A DNA stretch of 64,000 bases. Source: Nitrospinaceae bacterium (GTDB taxonomy: Bacteria; Nitrospinota_A; UBA7883; JAJDBK01). The position numbers and the translations under genes are program-made. Of the stretch, positions 23,438 to 33,756 are shown piece after piece. The notes beneath the pieces were generated by a model, which was not told where the DNA came from, did not search any database, and saw only the letters and a program-made list of their open reading frames with translations. The DNA is taken from the NCBI GenBank assembly GCA_029261405.1, contig JAJDBK010000063.1:29086-93085 (forward strand). Reading direction: 5' to 3'. Each line of letters starts with the position of its first letter. The stretch's first letter is position 1.

Positions 23438-24388
23438 TCAGGGCGTCGATCCTTTCCACTCGGAAAACCGCTCCCGGATGGTCATGTAATCAGATGTGTT
23501 GTCAACGTCGAGGGCCGCTCCTCCATCTGTGGTAATCACACAGGTGGCTCTCAGGCCGAGGCTCAACTCCACAGCTTCCATAGCGTCGTCAAGTGAAACA
23601 AATTTTCGGATAAAATCGGATACCCTCGATAAACCGAATCTGCGCAAGCGCATGGCTGTCTGCATGAACAGGTAGACCCACATTTTTCTCCTCACCGCCT
23701 TGATCGCCCAGATGTCACGGGCAAGCCGCAAGACACCCTTCATGGTTATCTGGTATCGGGAGTTGTACAGTTTCTGAATTGCCGCCCTGTTATGGAAGGC
23801 GAATGGACGCGCCAGATGCATATTGTTTATCCTGAACAGACCTTCGGCCAGATGAAAATAGGCCATTTTCACCCCCGGCTTCCCCTTCTCCGGGGCGAAT
23901 TTGTCCATGACATATGAAGGGGTTACGCCCATGACGTAATCGTGGTTTTCCATATCCGCTCCATCGAAAAACTGATCTATCTCGACGGGGGATATCGCCG
24001 GGCAGTCGGACGGAAGAACAAAAATCAGGCGGTCGTGGATCGCCTTATCCTCATGCTCGGCGCCAAGTGAATAACCATCGATGGTTGTGAGAAACCCGTT
24101 CCAGACGTTAGCCATCAGGTCGCTCCACTGTTGCAGTGTGACGACCTCTTTTTCCCCCTTGGCGCCATGAAGGGCGATAGCCTTGTCGAGGCTTTGTTTA
24201 TCTCCGACGATAAATATGCGCCCGATCCTTTCGACCTGCTGTAGCGCTCCCAGGACGTGCATGAAGAGCGGAAGACCGTCTATTACGAGGCGCCCTTTGT
24301 TTCTCTCTCCAGCCACCTGTTTACTGGCTTTACCCTCCCCGCAAAGGAGTATGGTGTCGATTCCGGTCAACCGGTTCTGGTCAAGCAT
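23438..24388 (-). CDS. Nucleotidyltransferase-family protein (MobA-like NTP-transferase fold)
   Basis: N-terminal ILLCGEGKASKQV...GRLVIDGLP resembles the GxG..R NTP-transferase motif; 316 aa. Confidence 0.4.
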   Translation of the reverse strand: MLDQNRLTGIDTILLCGEGKASKQVAGERNKGRLVIDGLPLFMHVLGALQQVERIGRIFIVGDKQSLDKAIALHGAKGEKEVVTLQQWSDLMANVWNGFLTTIDGYSLGAEHEDKAIHDRLIFVLPSDCPAISPVEIDQFFDGADMENHDYVMGVTPSYVMDKFAPEKGKPGVKMAYFHLAEGLFRINNMHLARPFAFHNRAAIQKLYNSRYQITMKGVLRLARDIWAIKAVRRKMWVYLFMQTAMRLRRFGLSRVSDFIRKFVSLDDAMEAVELSLGLRATCVITTDGGAALDVDNTSDYMTIRERFSEWKGSTP

Positions 24389-24390
24389 TC

Positions 24391-25053
24391 TTATTTGTCA
24401 GATGATCCTATTTGCACCAGCTTGTCGTCGGCGCCCATAATAACGAGTATATCGGAGTCCTTGATGACAAAATCGGCTGTAGGGCTCATGTTAATCCGCT
24501 CCGGAACAAGCTCTCGTATGGCGATAACCTGCACACCGTAGGTATTACGAAGTTGAAGTTCCTTTAACGATTTCCCTATGAACGACTGATCCGGAGCGAT
24601 TTCCACAATCGAATACCCTTCCATGAGCGGCAGGTGATCGACCAGGTTCGGCGATGAAAGGGATGCGGCAAGTTTTAAAGCGACATCCTTTTCAGGAAAG
24701 ATTATCTCCGACGCTCCGAGCAGACGCAGAATCTTCCCCTGATCCTCCGTTAAGGCTTTAACGATGATCTCCTTTACCCCAAGCTCTTTTAACCTGAGTG
24801 TCACCAGAATCGAATGGTCCAGGGAACTACCCATTCCCACTACAGCAAAATCGACGCTAGGCACATGGAGCGCCTTTAACGTCTCGTTGTCTGTGGCGTC
24901 GGCTATCACGGCTCTGGAGCAGTGATCTTTTATTCTCTGGACCACATCTTTCTTTTTGTCTATGGCCAGGACCTCGTGCCCTTTTTCATGGAGGCTTTTG
25001 GCCAGGTAGAACCCGAAATTGCCAAGCCCTATGATCGCACATCGTTTTTTCAC
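24391..25053 (-). CDS. trkA: Potassium uptake protein TrkA/KtrA (NAD-binding)
   Basis: Rossmann motif IIGLGNFG; RCK_N and RCK_C arrangement; 220 aa. Confidence 0.8.
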   Translation of the reverse strand: MKKRCAIIGLGNFGFYLAKSLHEKGHEVLAIDKKKDVVQRIKDHCSRAVIADATDNETLKALHVPSVDFAVVGMGSSLDHSILVTLRLKELGVKEIIVKALTEDQGKILRLLGASEIIFPEKDVALKLAASLSSPNLVDHLPLMEGYSIVEIAPDQSFIGKSLKELQLRNTYGVQVIAIRELVPERINMSPTADFVIKDSDILVIMGADDKLVQIGSSDK

Positions 25054-25073
25054 TAATTTAACTCCGTCATAGC

Positions 25074-26447
25074 CTATCCAACCATCACGTTCTCTTCAGA
25101 GTAATGGTATATACCCTTTGACGCCTTCCTGGCAACCGCCATGGTGACTGTAAGAGGCCCGAGTCTGCCGATGAGCATCAGCAGGGTTATAAGCCCCTTT
25201 CCGATTTCCGTAAGCTCCGATGTCGCTCCGGCGGAAAGACCCACCGTTCCGAACGCCGAAACCACCTCGAACATTATCTGCATGAACTTGTCCCTGTGAG
25301 AATCAGAGTCTGTCGGTCCCGATTCCGTCAGGAGAAGAATGAAAGTGAAAAGCACTATGATCTGAACAGAAACGAAGAGGATCGAAATGGAACGGGATGT
25401 TATCTCCTCAGGGATAGTCCTGTTAAACGCAAAGACCTTTTCGCGAGAGTAGAGCCTTGAAATACCCATAGCTATCAGCACGCCGAATGTCGTTACCTTT
25501 ATGCCACCCCCCACTGAACCTGGCGCCGCCCCCACGAACATCAGCATAATATAGAGGAAAAGGGAGCCGTTGCTGAACTCATGAAAATCCACGGTGATAA
25601 ATCCTGCGGTTCTGGAGACAGAATGAAAGAGGGAGGCCATCAGTTTGTCCACGAAACTCATGCCGACAAAAACGTTGCTCTCTTCAATGAAAAAGGTCAG
25701 CAACGCTCCAGTCAGTATTAACGCCGTGGAGACGGTAAAAATCATCCGTGTTTGCAGGGAGAAGCCTATCCTCTTCCCGGCCATCTTTCTCACACTGACC
25801 ATCGACACCTCCACCAGGGTAACAAACCCCAGGGACCCCGCCACTATCAGGGCGCCAAAAACCATATTGACGGTCAGATCACCCGAATAAGAGATCAGGC
25901 TGTCGGGGAACAGGCAGATACCTGCGTTGCAGAAGCCTGAAACCGCATGAAAAATGGCGTAATAAGTCCCTTTTTCGATCCCCATTTCCGGTATCCATCG
26001 CGCCGCAAGGAAGAGGAAACCAACGATTTCAATGACAAAAGTAAGCTTTATTACCCTGGTAAGAAGCTCTTTTATGGAGAGTTGATGAAAGGGGTCGAAT
26101 GAGTCGAAGACTATGGAGGACTCCCGCATGGATAGCGCCCTTCCCAGGACGAAAGAGAAAAAGACCGAAAAGGTCATTATGCCAAGTCCGCCAACCTGAA
26201 TCAGGGCCAGGATAACCAGTTGACCGAAGAATGTGAAGGTTGTTCCGGTGTCAACCACCATAAGCCCGGTCACACACGCCGCCGAGGTCGCCGTAAAGAG
26301 GGCGTCCATAACGCTTATTCCGTCATGGGTCGCAAAGGGGAGTTTTAGCAGTATCGTGCCGAGTAGTATAAAACCTGCAAAAACCCCGGACAAAAGCTGG
26401 GATGGATGTAACTCCAGCAGGCTATTCATCCTTTTACTGTTACCCAT
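25074..26447 (-). CDS. trkH: TrkH/KtrB family potassium transporter
   Basis: Polytopic membrane protein with repeated selectivity-filter-like GxG segments; adjacent to trkA. Confidence 0.75.
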   Translation of the reverse strand: MGNSKRMNSLLELHPSQLLSGVFAGFILLGTILLKLPFATHDGISVMDALFTATSAACVTGLMVVDTGTTFTFFGQLVILALIQVGGLGIMTFSVFFSFVLGRALSMRESSIVFDSFDPFHQLSIKELLTRVIKLTFVIEIVGFLFLAARWIPEMGIEKGTYYAIFHAVSGFCNAGICLFPDSLISYSGDLTVNMVFGALIVAGSLGFVTLVEVSMVSVRKMAGKRIGFSLQTRMIFTVSTALILTGALLTFFIEESNVFVGMSFVDKLMASLFHSVSRTAGFITVDFHEFSNGSLFLYIMLMFVGAAPGSVGGGIKVTTFGVLIAMGISRLYSREKVFAFNRTIPEEITSRSISILFVSVQIIVLFTFILLLTESGPTDSDSHRDKFMQIMFEVVSAFGTVGLSAGATSELTEIGKGLITLLMLIGRLGPLTVTMAVARKASKGIYHYSEENVMVG

Positions 26448-26455
26448 ATTTTCGC

Positions 26456-29068
26456 TCAGTCCACGCCTGCGGGGCTGAGGATGGCCGATAGCAGAGCCTC
26501 CTCTACCCTCTTTCGCCCCGCTTTATCCTCGATTTTCTTCCCGGTTTCGGTGTTGACGTAAAAGATACTGATTGCTTTTGGCCCTTCAGTACTCACTTTT
26601 GCGGTCTTGATATCGAGTCTCAAACCGGCCAGTGTACGGGTGATATCGTAGAGCAGTCCTATCCTGTCCGGCGCCCATACCTCTATGACGGTGCAGATCC
26701 TGGACAAGGTGTTCACAATCGAGATGGTCGGTTCGAAGGCGGCCAGACCATGTTTTGTCTCGTTCGGCAGGTAACGGGTCCTGCGGGCCACCGCCGACTG
26801 CACATCCTTCTCCCCCTTGACCATCAAGGTAAGTTCTTTCTCGAACCGTTTGAGCGACGCTGGCTCCGCGAACATGTCGAGGTTCGCGCCGCCTAACGTC
26901 ACAGTGTTCAACGCAAGGTGTCCCGGCAGAGTATGGATCTGGGCGTCAACGACGTTTACGTTCTTGGCGGCGAAAGCCCCGGCCACTATGGAGAAGAAGC
27001 CGATCCGCTCCGAGGCCGCCATGGTGATCCTGCAAGTATCATCACCCGGATTAGCCTGATACCGCAAGGCCACCGCACCGCTCTCCCTCGATTCCACCAG
27101 ATCGATATCGGCGGTTATCGTTTCAGGATCGGCGTTGGTCAGGTATTGATGAGGCGCCATGGCGAGGAAGTCTGCGACCATCGACTCTTCGTATGCGCCC
27201 GCATACTGTTTCGCCGTCAGTTTTGCGAGAGCCAGCGCCTGCTCCTCCTTGGTTTTGAAAACAGCCTCCCCTTCCAGGTAGTAGGCCTTGGCCCGACCAT
27301 AGAGATCGTCGAGTAGCATATCTTTCCAGTTGTTCCATATCTTCGGGCCTACCGCCTTTATGTCGGCGTAGGTGATAAGGTACAACATCTTCATCGTCTC
27401 AAGGTCGCCTGCTGTATTGCAGAATTTCCTCAGCGCCTCCGGTCTCGAAAAATCGAAACGCTGGGCCGTGGCGCTCATCAGCACATGGTTTCTGACAAGC
27501 GGACCTACAGTCTCGATATAACGTTCCAGCCCCAGCCTGTTGAGAATTTTTTCCGTATGGGTGTCGTCCTCCACCAGGTGGCGGTCTTCCGCTTTTTTCC
27601 CTATATCGTGGATAAGCAGGATAAGTTTTATCAGGGCGATATTGTCAATCGACCTGAAAACCTGTTTAAGAACATCGCTGACTCCTTCGGCTGACGGTAA
27701 AAGTTCCAGTTCCCGGACGGCGGTCAATGTATGTTCATCCACCGTATACCTGTGGTACATGTCGAATTGCGAGAGCCGGGTAACCTGTTCGAACTCAGGA
27801 ATGAAGCGGGCAAGAATCCCCGTTGCGTGAAATTCCGACAACACCGACCCTGCGTTGTGGAGGTTCAATATCCTCATAAAAAGCTGGCCGGCTCTCTCCC
27901 CTTCAAACCAGCTTGAGGGCGCTTGCTTTGCTGTTTTTTCGAGTCCTCTTGTAAGGTTTGGAGAGAGCGCCAAGGCTTCGTTCGATATCCTGGCAGCGAT
28001 ATTGTAGAGAATGTCCTGTTTATCTTCGTATACATCGGGTGGAAACGCTCTTGCGCGAAGTGTCTCCTTGTCGGTAAAAAGATTGTCAGCATCGATCTGG
28101 ACCGGTCGAAAGCTCCATTTTCTCCTGTAAGAGTTGGCGTACCGTATCATCTCGTTGGTGAATCGTTCTATGGTTTGGGCCGCCTCGTAATAACGATACA
28201 TCAGGCTGGCCGAAATCTGGTTATCGGACCCATCGGAAAATCCCTCCGACCTGGCAATTGCAGGCTGGTGTCCGTAAGAGAGGGTATCTGTCTGCTTACC
28301 TGTGGTGAAATGGAGGGAGTTTCTTAACCTTAACAGAAAGGAGTGGGCGCGGTTTACAGGTTCAACATCCTCCGGCGACATCATGCCCCGCTTTGCCATC
28401 TCCTCGATCGTCGTAACGTCCGACTTGGAACGCATCATCCACATGACGGTATGCAAATCGCGCAGACCGCCGGGGCTTTCCTTGATATCCGGCTCCGTCA
28501 GAAGAGAAACGCCGCCATGCAGGTTGCGACGCGCCATCAACGCATCGTATTTCTCCCTGATGTAAAGGTTAGGTTTGTACCTTACGACCTTATGATCATA
28601 TTTCTTCCTGAACCCATCGTAAAGCTCCCGGTCCCCTGCGAGAAATCGATGCTCCGACATGGCTGTACGGGCGGTGATATCGCTAAAACCGACTGTAACC
28701 GTGTCCGCTATTGTACGGGACGAGTGTCCCACCTTAAGTCCGAGATCCCACAACCCCGCAAGCATGACATGGGGAGGTTTACCTGTCTCGTCACGTTTTC
28801 CGGTAAGCAGGAATAGTATGTCAATGTCGGAGAACGGATTGAGAATCCCCCTGCCGTAACCACCTATGGCGATCATGGCGCCGCAGAAATTTCCGGTCTC
28901 TTTTGTGAAAAGGCTTATGATGGTTTCATCGACTACAGAGCGCAAACGGGAGCAGACAGTAAATCCGTCACTTCCCGCCCAATGTTCCTCTTCTATTATT
29001 CCCCGCTTCTCTTCTAACCCCTGTTTTAAAAGAGCCGCTTGTTCCGCCATATGGGAGGCCTCTGTCAT
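26456..29068 (-). CDS. glnD: [Protein-PII] uridylyltransferase/uridylyl-removing enzyme GlnD
   Basis: 870 aa; nucleotidyltransferase N-domain; HD domain (HDIGK); two C-terminal ACT domains. Confidence 0.85.
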   Translation of the reverse strand: MTEASHMAEQAALLKQGLEEKRGIIEEEHWAGSDGFTVCSRLRSVVDETIISLFTKETGNFCGAMIAIGGYGRGILNPFSDIDILFLLTGKRDETGKPPHVMLAGLWDLGLKVGHSSRTIADTVTVGFSDITARTAMSEHRFLAGDRELYDGFRKKYDHKVVRYKPNLYIREKYDALMARRNLHGGVSLLTEPDIKESPGGLRDLHTVMWMMRSKSDVTTIEEMAKRGMMSPEDVEPVNRAHSFLLRLRNSLHFTTGKQTDTLSYGHQPAIARSEGFSDGSDNQISASLMYRYYEAAQTIERFTNEMIRYANSYRRKWSFRPVQIDADNLFTDKETLRARAFPPDVYEDKQDILYNIAARISNEALALSPNLTRGLEKTAKQAPSSWFEGERAGQLFMRILNLHNAGSVLSEFHATGILARFIPEFEQVTRLSQFDMYHRYTVDEHTLTAVRELELLPSAEGVSDVLKQVFRSIDNIALIKLILLIHDIGKKAEDRHLVEDDTHTEKILNRLGLERYIETVGPLVRNHVLMSATAQRFDFSRPEALRKFCNTAGDLETMKMLYLITYADIKAVGPKIWNNWKDMLLDDLYGRAKAYYLEGEAVFKTKEEQALALAKLTAKQYAGAYEESMVADFLAMAPHQYLTNADPETITADIDLVESRESGAVALRYQANPGDDTCRITMAASERIGFFSIVAGAFAAKNVNVVDAQIHTLPGHLALNTVTLGGANLDMFAEPASLKRFEKELTLMVKGEKDVQSAVARRTRYLPNETKHGLAAFEPTISIVNTLSRICTVIEVWAPDRIGLLYDITRTLAGLRLDIKTAKVSTEGPKAISIFYVNTETGKKIEDKAGRKRVEEALLSAILSPAGVD

Positions 29069-30168
29069 AAAGCGCTCTCGATCCTTTCGGTCAAAACCGT
29101 CTCCACCATCAGACTTACCCCGTTCCGGACAATATCCAGGGTAACTTTTTTACCAACCGGTTTTTGCAGGGCCATGCTCCTTAACTCCGAAGGGGATTCG
29201 ATATTTACTCCGTCAAAGCCTGTAATAATATCCCCCTCCATTATGCCCGATTCGGCTGTGGGCGATCCGGGCGTAACACCCGCTACCAAGACCCCCTTAA
29301 CTTCCGAAGCCGATAACGCTTCAGCCAACTCCTCTGTCAGAGGTTGAACATTGAGGCTCAGGGAGGCGCGGGTCACTTTTCCATCTTTTATTATTCTGGT
29401 AACGACATATTTTACAGTATTTGACGGAATGGCGAATCCCACCCCCGCCCCTGCGCTTAAGGTGGCTGTGTTTACCCCCACAACTTTACCGTCAAGATCG
29501 CACAACGGTCCACCTGAGTTGCCGGGATGGATCTGGGCGTCTGTCTGGATAAACCCTTCGATGGCAAGAAGCCCCAGACCGGAGCGGGAGAGGGCTGAAA
29601 TGACACCGAAGGTGACTGTCTCCTCCAGCTGGAACGGGGCGCCCACCGCCAGGACCAGTTGGCCCGGTTCAAGCCTTGCCGAATCGCTGAATCTGGCGGG
29701 GGTGAGACGACCGGCGTTTTGCACTTTTATGACCGCTATGTCTGTGGCGGGGTCCGCGCCGATCAGCGTGGCGTGAACCTCTTCGCCCGATGGATACAGT
29801 TTTACAACCGCCCTCTTTGAAGTTGCGACCACATGATGATTGGTGACGATATGCCCCCTGTGATCGAAGACCACTCCGGACCCCATCGATTCGACCTTGT
29901 ATTTCTGAATGAACATGGAGCTAAAAACCCTCCACGCTTTTATTATTCCTGTCGGGTCATTCACTTCTTCGTCATCGGGTAGACTTTCGGTAAGCCCCAT
30001 GACCTGCACTACCGATGGTTGCACGGTTTTGGCCACACGGGTGAAGAGGCGATTTTCGTCGTTCGGAGAGCGTCGTCCGTAAAGGTCTCCCCTGCCCGAC
30101 AAAACCAGAATTACCAGCAGTCCGGCTGCGGCGCCTGAAGCCACTCCCGCTACGAACCGGCCATTCAT
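29065..30168 (-). CDS. Trypsin-like serine protease with PDZ domain (HtrA/DegP family)
   Basis: Catalytic GNSGGPL motif and His/Asp residues; C-terminal PDZ; N-terminal TM anchor. Confidence 0.8.
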   Translation of the reverse strand: MNGRFVAGVASGAAAGLLVILVLSGRGDLYGRRSPNDENRLFTRVAKTVQPSVVQVMGLTESLPDDEEVNDPTGIIKAWRVFSSMFIQKYKVESMGSGVVFDHRGHIVTNHHVVATSKRAVVKLYPSGEEVHATLIGADPATDIAVIKVQNAGRLTPARFSDSARLEPGQLVLAVGAPFQLEETVTFGVISALSRSGLGLLAIEGFIQTDAQIHPGNSGGPLCDLDGKVVGVNTATLSAGAGVGFAIPSNTVKYVVTRIIKDGKVTRASLSLNVQPLTEELAEALSASEVKGVLVAGVTPGSPTAESGIMEGDIITGFDGVNIESPSELRSMALQKPVGKKVTLDIVRNGVSLMVETVLTERIESAL

Positions 30169-30878
30169 TTTTTTACGCCGGTATATATTCCACAGATACC
30201 AAAGGTGAGAGGTGTGAACTTTATATGTGACAGACCGGAATTCTCCAGAATCGAGATAAACTTTTCAGGTCTCGGAAACGCATAGACCGATTCGGGAAGG
30301 TAGCTATACGCCTGGGGTTTGCCGGAGATCAGTCCCCCCATGAATGGAAGGGCGCGGGTGAAATAGAATTTGTAGATAGCGGCGATAACCCGATTTTCGG
30401 GTGTGGTGAATTCGAGGATCACCATCCGCCCCGCCGGTTTAAGTACACGGCTCATCTCCTTGAGGCCGGTTTCGAGTTCTGCAAAATTGCGGACACCGAA
30501 GGCGCAGGTCACACCATCAAAAATTTCGTCAGGATGGGAGATGTTGAGCGCGTCACCAGCCTTAACGGTAATCCGGCCCTGAAGATTCAGCGCAGTGACT
30601 TTTTCCTGGCCGCGTATCACCATTTCGGGGGAAAAATCCTCCGCAGAGACTTTTACGGTCGAATCCGATTCCGCTATCTGGATGGCAAGATCGCAGGTGC
30701 CGCAGGCGATATCAAAAACACTCTTCCCCACCAGATCGTCGAAACAGGCCACCGCCCGTTTTCTCCAGATGGTGTCGATCCCAAGGCTGAGAAAATGGTT
30801 CAGGAAATCGTAACGGTGAGCGATGCCGTTGAACATCTCCCTCACGGCGTCGGCTTTAGATTCCGAAGTTACGTTCAT
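30165..30878 (-). CDS. ubiE: Demethylmenaquinone/ubiquinone methyltransferase UbiE/MenG
   Basis: FNGIAHRYDFLNHFLSLGID motif; SAM-binding VFDIACGTCDLA; 237 aa. Confidence 0.85.
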   Translation of the reverse strand: MNVTSESKADAVREMFNGIAHRYDFLNHFLSLGIDTIWRKRAVACFDDLVGKSVFDIACGTCDLAIQIAESDSTVKVSAEDFSPEMVIRGQEKVTALNLQGRITVKAGDALNISHPDEIFDGVTCAFGVRNFAELETGLKEMSRVLKPAGRMVILEFTTPENRVIAAIYKFYFTRALPFMGGLISGKPQAYSYLPESVYAFPRPEKFISILENSGLSHIKFTPLTFGICGIYTGVKK

Positions 30879-30891
30879 GACAATTTCCGGA

Positions 30892-32511
30892 TCACGCCTT
30901 TTTGGACGCGCTCTTTTTCTTTCGCGTACCGCTATTGGCGTTTGGTCTGTGCAACCTGTATTCGAGGCTGTCTACCAGCGCCATCCACGCCGCCTCTATG
31001 ACGTTCGGGGAGAGACCCATGGTGGCCCACCTGCCGTTTTTGTCGCCCGATTCTATGAGAACCCGTGTGATGGCGGCTGTTTTGGCGCTTTCGTCGATCA
31101 GGCGCACCTTGAAATCGTGCAACTCCACATCGGCCAATTGCGGGTAGTAGTTAACCAGGGCCTGACGGATCGCCTTGTCTAGAGCGTTCACCGGACCGTT
31201 TCCTTCGGCGACCGCATGGGCGGTCTCTCCATCAGGCAACCTGACCTTGATTACAGCCTCGGCCCAGTTGGAGCCTTTAAGGTCGGAAAAATTCGATACG
31301 ACCCTTGCTCGCTCCACGTCGAATTTTTTTTTCCACTGGCCGAGAGTTTTTCGCATCAGCAGTTCAAATGAAGCCTCCGCGCCTTCGAACTGATAACCCT
31401 GGTTCTCCATCTCTTTAAGTTTTTCCAGGATTTCTTTCGCTCCCGGATCGGTGGCTTTCAGGTCGAAACCGAACTCCTCGGCTTTGCTCAGGATATTGCC
31501 CCGGCCCGACAGGTCCGATACGAGGATACGTCGTTTGTTCCCGACTGTCTCAGGCTCGATATGTTCATAAGTGAGAGAGCTTTTCCTGACGGCGGCGACG
31601 TGGATTCCCCCCTTGTGCGCGAAAGCGGAACGACCCACATACGGCTGATGAGGTCTTCTGGCCATGTTCGCAAGTTCAAATACGAGCAGGGAAAGCTCCC
31701 GCTGTTTTTTCAGCTTGGAAGGCGGGACACATTTGTATCCCATCTTTATCTGGAGGTTCGACACTATCGATATAAGGTTGGCGTTGCCGCACCTCTCGCC
31801 GATACCGTTTATGGTTCCTTGCACATGGATCGCCCCCGCGCGGACCGCTTCTATTGTATTGGCGATGGCTGTGTCGGAGTCGTTGTGGCAATGTATGCCA
31901 ACCTTCGCCGACGGAAAGGTTTTTGCCACATCGGTAACCACGGGGGCTATCTCGAAGGGCAATGCTCCGCCGTTGGTCTCACAGAGGCAGATCAGGTCCG
32001 CCCCTCCATCAATAGCCGCCTTTAACGCCGAGAGCGCGTATTCCCGATTCGCTTTGTAACCATCAAAAAAATGCTCCGCATCGAAGATCACCTCGTCCAC
32101 CCGTTTTTTCAGATATCGGATGGTATCGTGAACTATTTCGAGATTCCGGTTCGGCGAAACCTTTAACACGGTCTTGGCGTGCATATCCCATGTCTTGCCC
32201 ACAACAGTCACCACCGGCGAATCGGCCTTGAGCAGTGTTTTCACGTTCGAGTCGGTGTCTGGGCTGTTTTTCGGATGATGGGTCGATCCGAAAGCGGCGA
32301 TCCGTGATTTTTTAAGGTTAAGTTTCTTTACTTCCACGAAGAAGGCCGCGTCTTTCGGGTTGGAACCGGGCCATCCCCCCTCTATGTAGCTTATACCGAA
32401 ATCGTCGAGCGCCTCTGCCAGACGAAGTTTGTCGTCGAGCGAAAAGCTGACCTCTTCAGCCTGGGCGCCGTCCCTCAAGGTGGTGTCGTATATCTTTATG
32501 GTTTTTGCCAT
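30892..32511 (-). CDS. cimA: (R)-citramalate synthase
   Basis: IYDTTLRDGAQAEEVSFS HMGL-like N-terminus; ~540 aa with C-terminal LeuA-dimer-like regulatory domain; adjacent to aspartate kinase as in Geobacter. Confidence 0.75.
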   Translation of the reverse strand: MAKTIKIYDTTLRDGAQAEEVSFSLDDKLRLAEALDDFGISYIEGGWPGSNPKDAAFFVEVKKLNLKKSRIAAFGSTHHPKNSPDTDSNVKTLLKADSPVVTVVGKTWDMHAKTVLKVSPNRNLEIVHDTIRYLKKRVDEVIFDAEHFFDGYKANREYALSALKAAIDGGADLICLCETNGGALPFEIAPVVTDVAKTFPSAKVGIHCHNDSDTAIANTIEAVRAGAIHVQGTINGIGERCGNANLISIVSNLQIKMGYKCVPPSKLKKQRELSLLVFELANMARRPHQPYVGRSAFAHKGGIHVAAVRKSSLTYEHIEPETVGNKRRILVSDLSGRGNILSKAEEFGFDLKATDPGAKEILEKLKEMENQGYQFEGAEASFELLMRKTLGQWKKKFDVERARVVSNFSDLKGSNWAEAVIKVRLPDGETAHAVAEGNGPVNALDKAIRQALVNYYPQLADVELHDFKVRLIDESAKTAAITRVLIESGDKNGRWATMGLSPNVIEAAWMALVDSLEYRLHRPNANSGTRKKKSASKKA

Positions 32512-32520
32512 ACGTTTTCT

Positions 32521-33753
32521 TTATCTCTGGTCGGGTGGCAAGGCCAGCGAAAAAGCGTCGTGCAGTATCCTGATAGCTCTATCGACTTCCTGCGCCTCGA
32601 TGACACACGATATCTTTATCTCTGACGTGGAAATCATCATTATATTGATACCGGCGTCCGCCAGAGAGCTGAACGTTTTTGCCGCTACACCGCTATGGCT
32701 CCTCATGCCGACACCTATGACAGATATTTTGGCTATATCCTCATCGGTAGCGATATGGTCGGCGTCAAGCTCTTTAATCAACGGTTGCAACGCATTCACC
32801 GCCCGATTCATTTCGGTCTTCGGAGCTGTAAAGGAGATATCGGTGGAGCGTCCTTCGGAGACGTTCTGGATAATCATATCGACGTTGATCTCATGATCGG
32901 CTATGACGGAGAATATTCTGGCGGCGATACCCGGCCTGTCCGGCACACCTGTGACGGTTATCTTCGCCTGGTTCCTGTCGTAAGTGACAGCGGATACAAC
33001 TACCTCTTCCATTTCACTCGACTCCTTGCTCACCAGCGTCCCTTTCCCTTCGGTAAAGGTCGATTTTACATGTATGGGCATATTATATTTCATTCCAAAC
33101 TCGACAGACCTCGTCTGCAGGACCTTGGCGCCGAGGGAGGCCATCTCAAGCATCTCCTCGAACGACACATTGTCGAGCCGTCGGGCGTTCGGCACGATCC
33201 GCGGATCGGTGGTGTATACCCCGTCTACGTCAGTATATATTTCGCAAAGGTCCGCCTTCATGGCCACGGCTATAGCGACGGCGGATGTGTCCGTTCCGCC
33301 ACGACCGAGGGTGGTTACCGAGCCGCTGGTTTCGTCCATTCCCTGAAAACCGGCCACCACGGCCACCTTCCCCTCCGCGACAGCCTCTCTTAGCCGTTCT
33401 CCTGTTATTCTACGGATACGGGCTTTCATATGCACACTATCGGTGGTAAGGCCGATCTGGCGCCCGGTAAAGGAGATAGCCGGAATACCGAGGTCGGTCA
33501 AGGCGATAGCCAGAAGGGCCGCCGTTACCCGCTCACCGGAACTCATCAGCAGGTCCATCTCCCGATCCGGGGGGAAATCGTTAAGTTTATGCGCCATCTC
33601 TATCAGTTTGTCGGTCTCTCCGCTCATGGCGGACACCACAACTATCAGGCTGTTCCCATCAGACTTCGCTCTGCCGACCCGCTGGGCCACCCGCGCGATT
33701 CTGTCGAGGTCGCCTACGGAAGTGCCGCCATATTTCTGTACGATAAGCGCCAC
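32521..33753 (-). CDS. lysC: Aspartate kinase
   Basis: [12 protein letters not shown]-terminus; two C-terminal ACT domains; 410 aa. Confidence 0.85.
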   Translation of the reverse strand: MALIVQKYGGTSVGDLDRIARVAQRVGRAKSDGNSLIVVVSAMSGETDKLIEMAHKLNDFPPDREMDLLMSSGERVTAALLAIALTDLGIPAISFTGRQIGLTTDSVHMKARIRRITGERLREAVAEGKVAVVAGFQGMDETSGSVTTLGRGGTDTSAVAIAVAMKADLCEIYTDVDGVYTTDPRIVPNARRLDNVSFEEMLEMASLGAKVLQTRSVEFGMKYNMPIHVKSTFTEGKGTLVSKESSEMEEVVVSAVTYDRNQAKITVTGVPDRPGIAARIFSVIADHEINVDMIIQNVSEGRSTDISFTAPKTEMNRAVNALQPLIKELDADHIATDEDIAKISVIGVGMRSHSGVAAKTFSSLADAGINIMMISTSEIKISCVIEAQEVDRAIRILHDAFSLALPPDQR

Positions 33754-33756
33754 GGG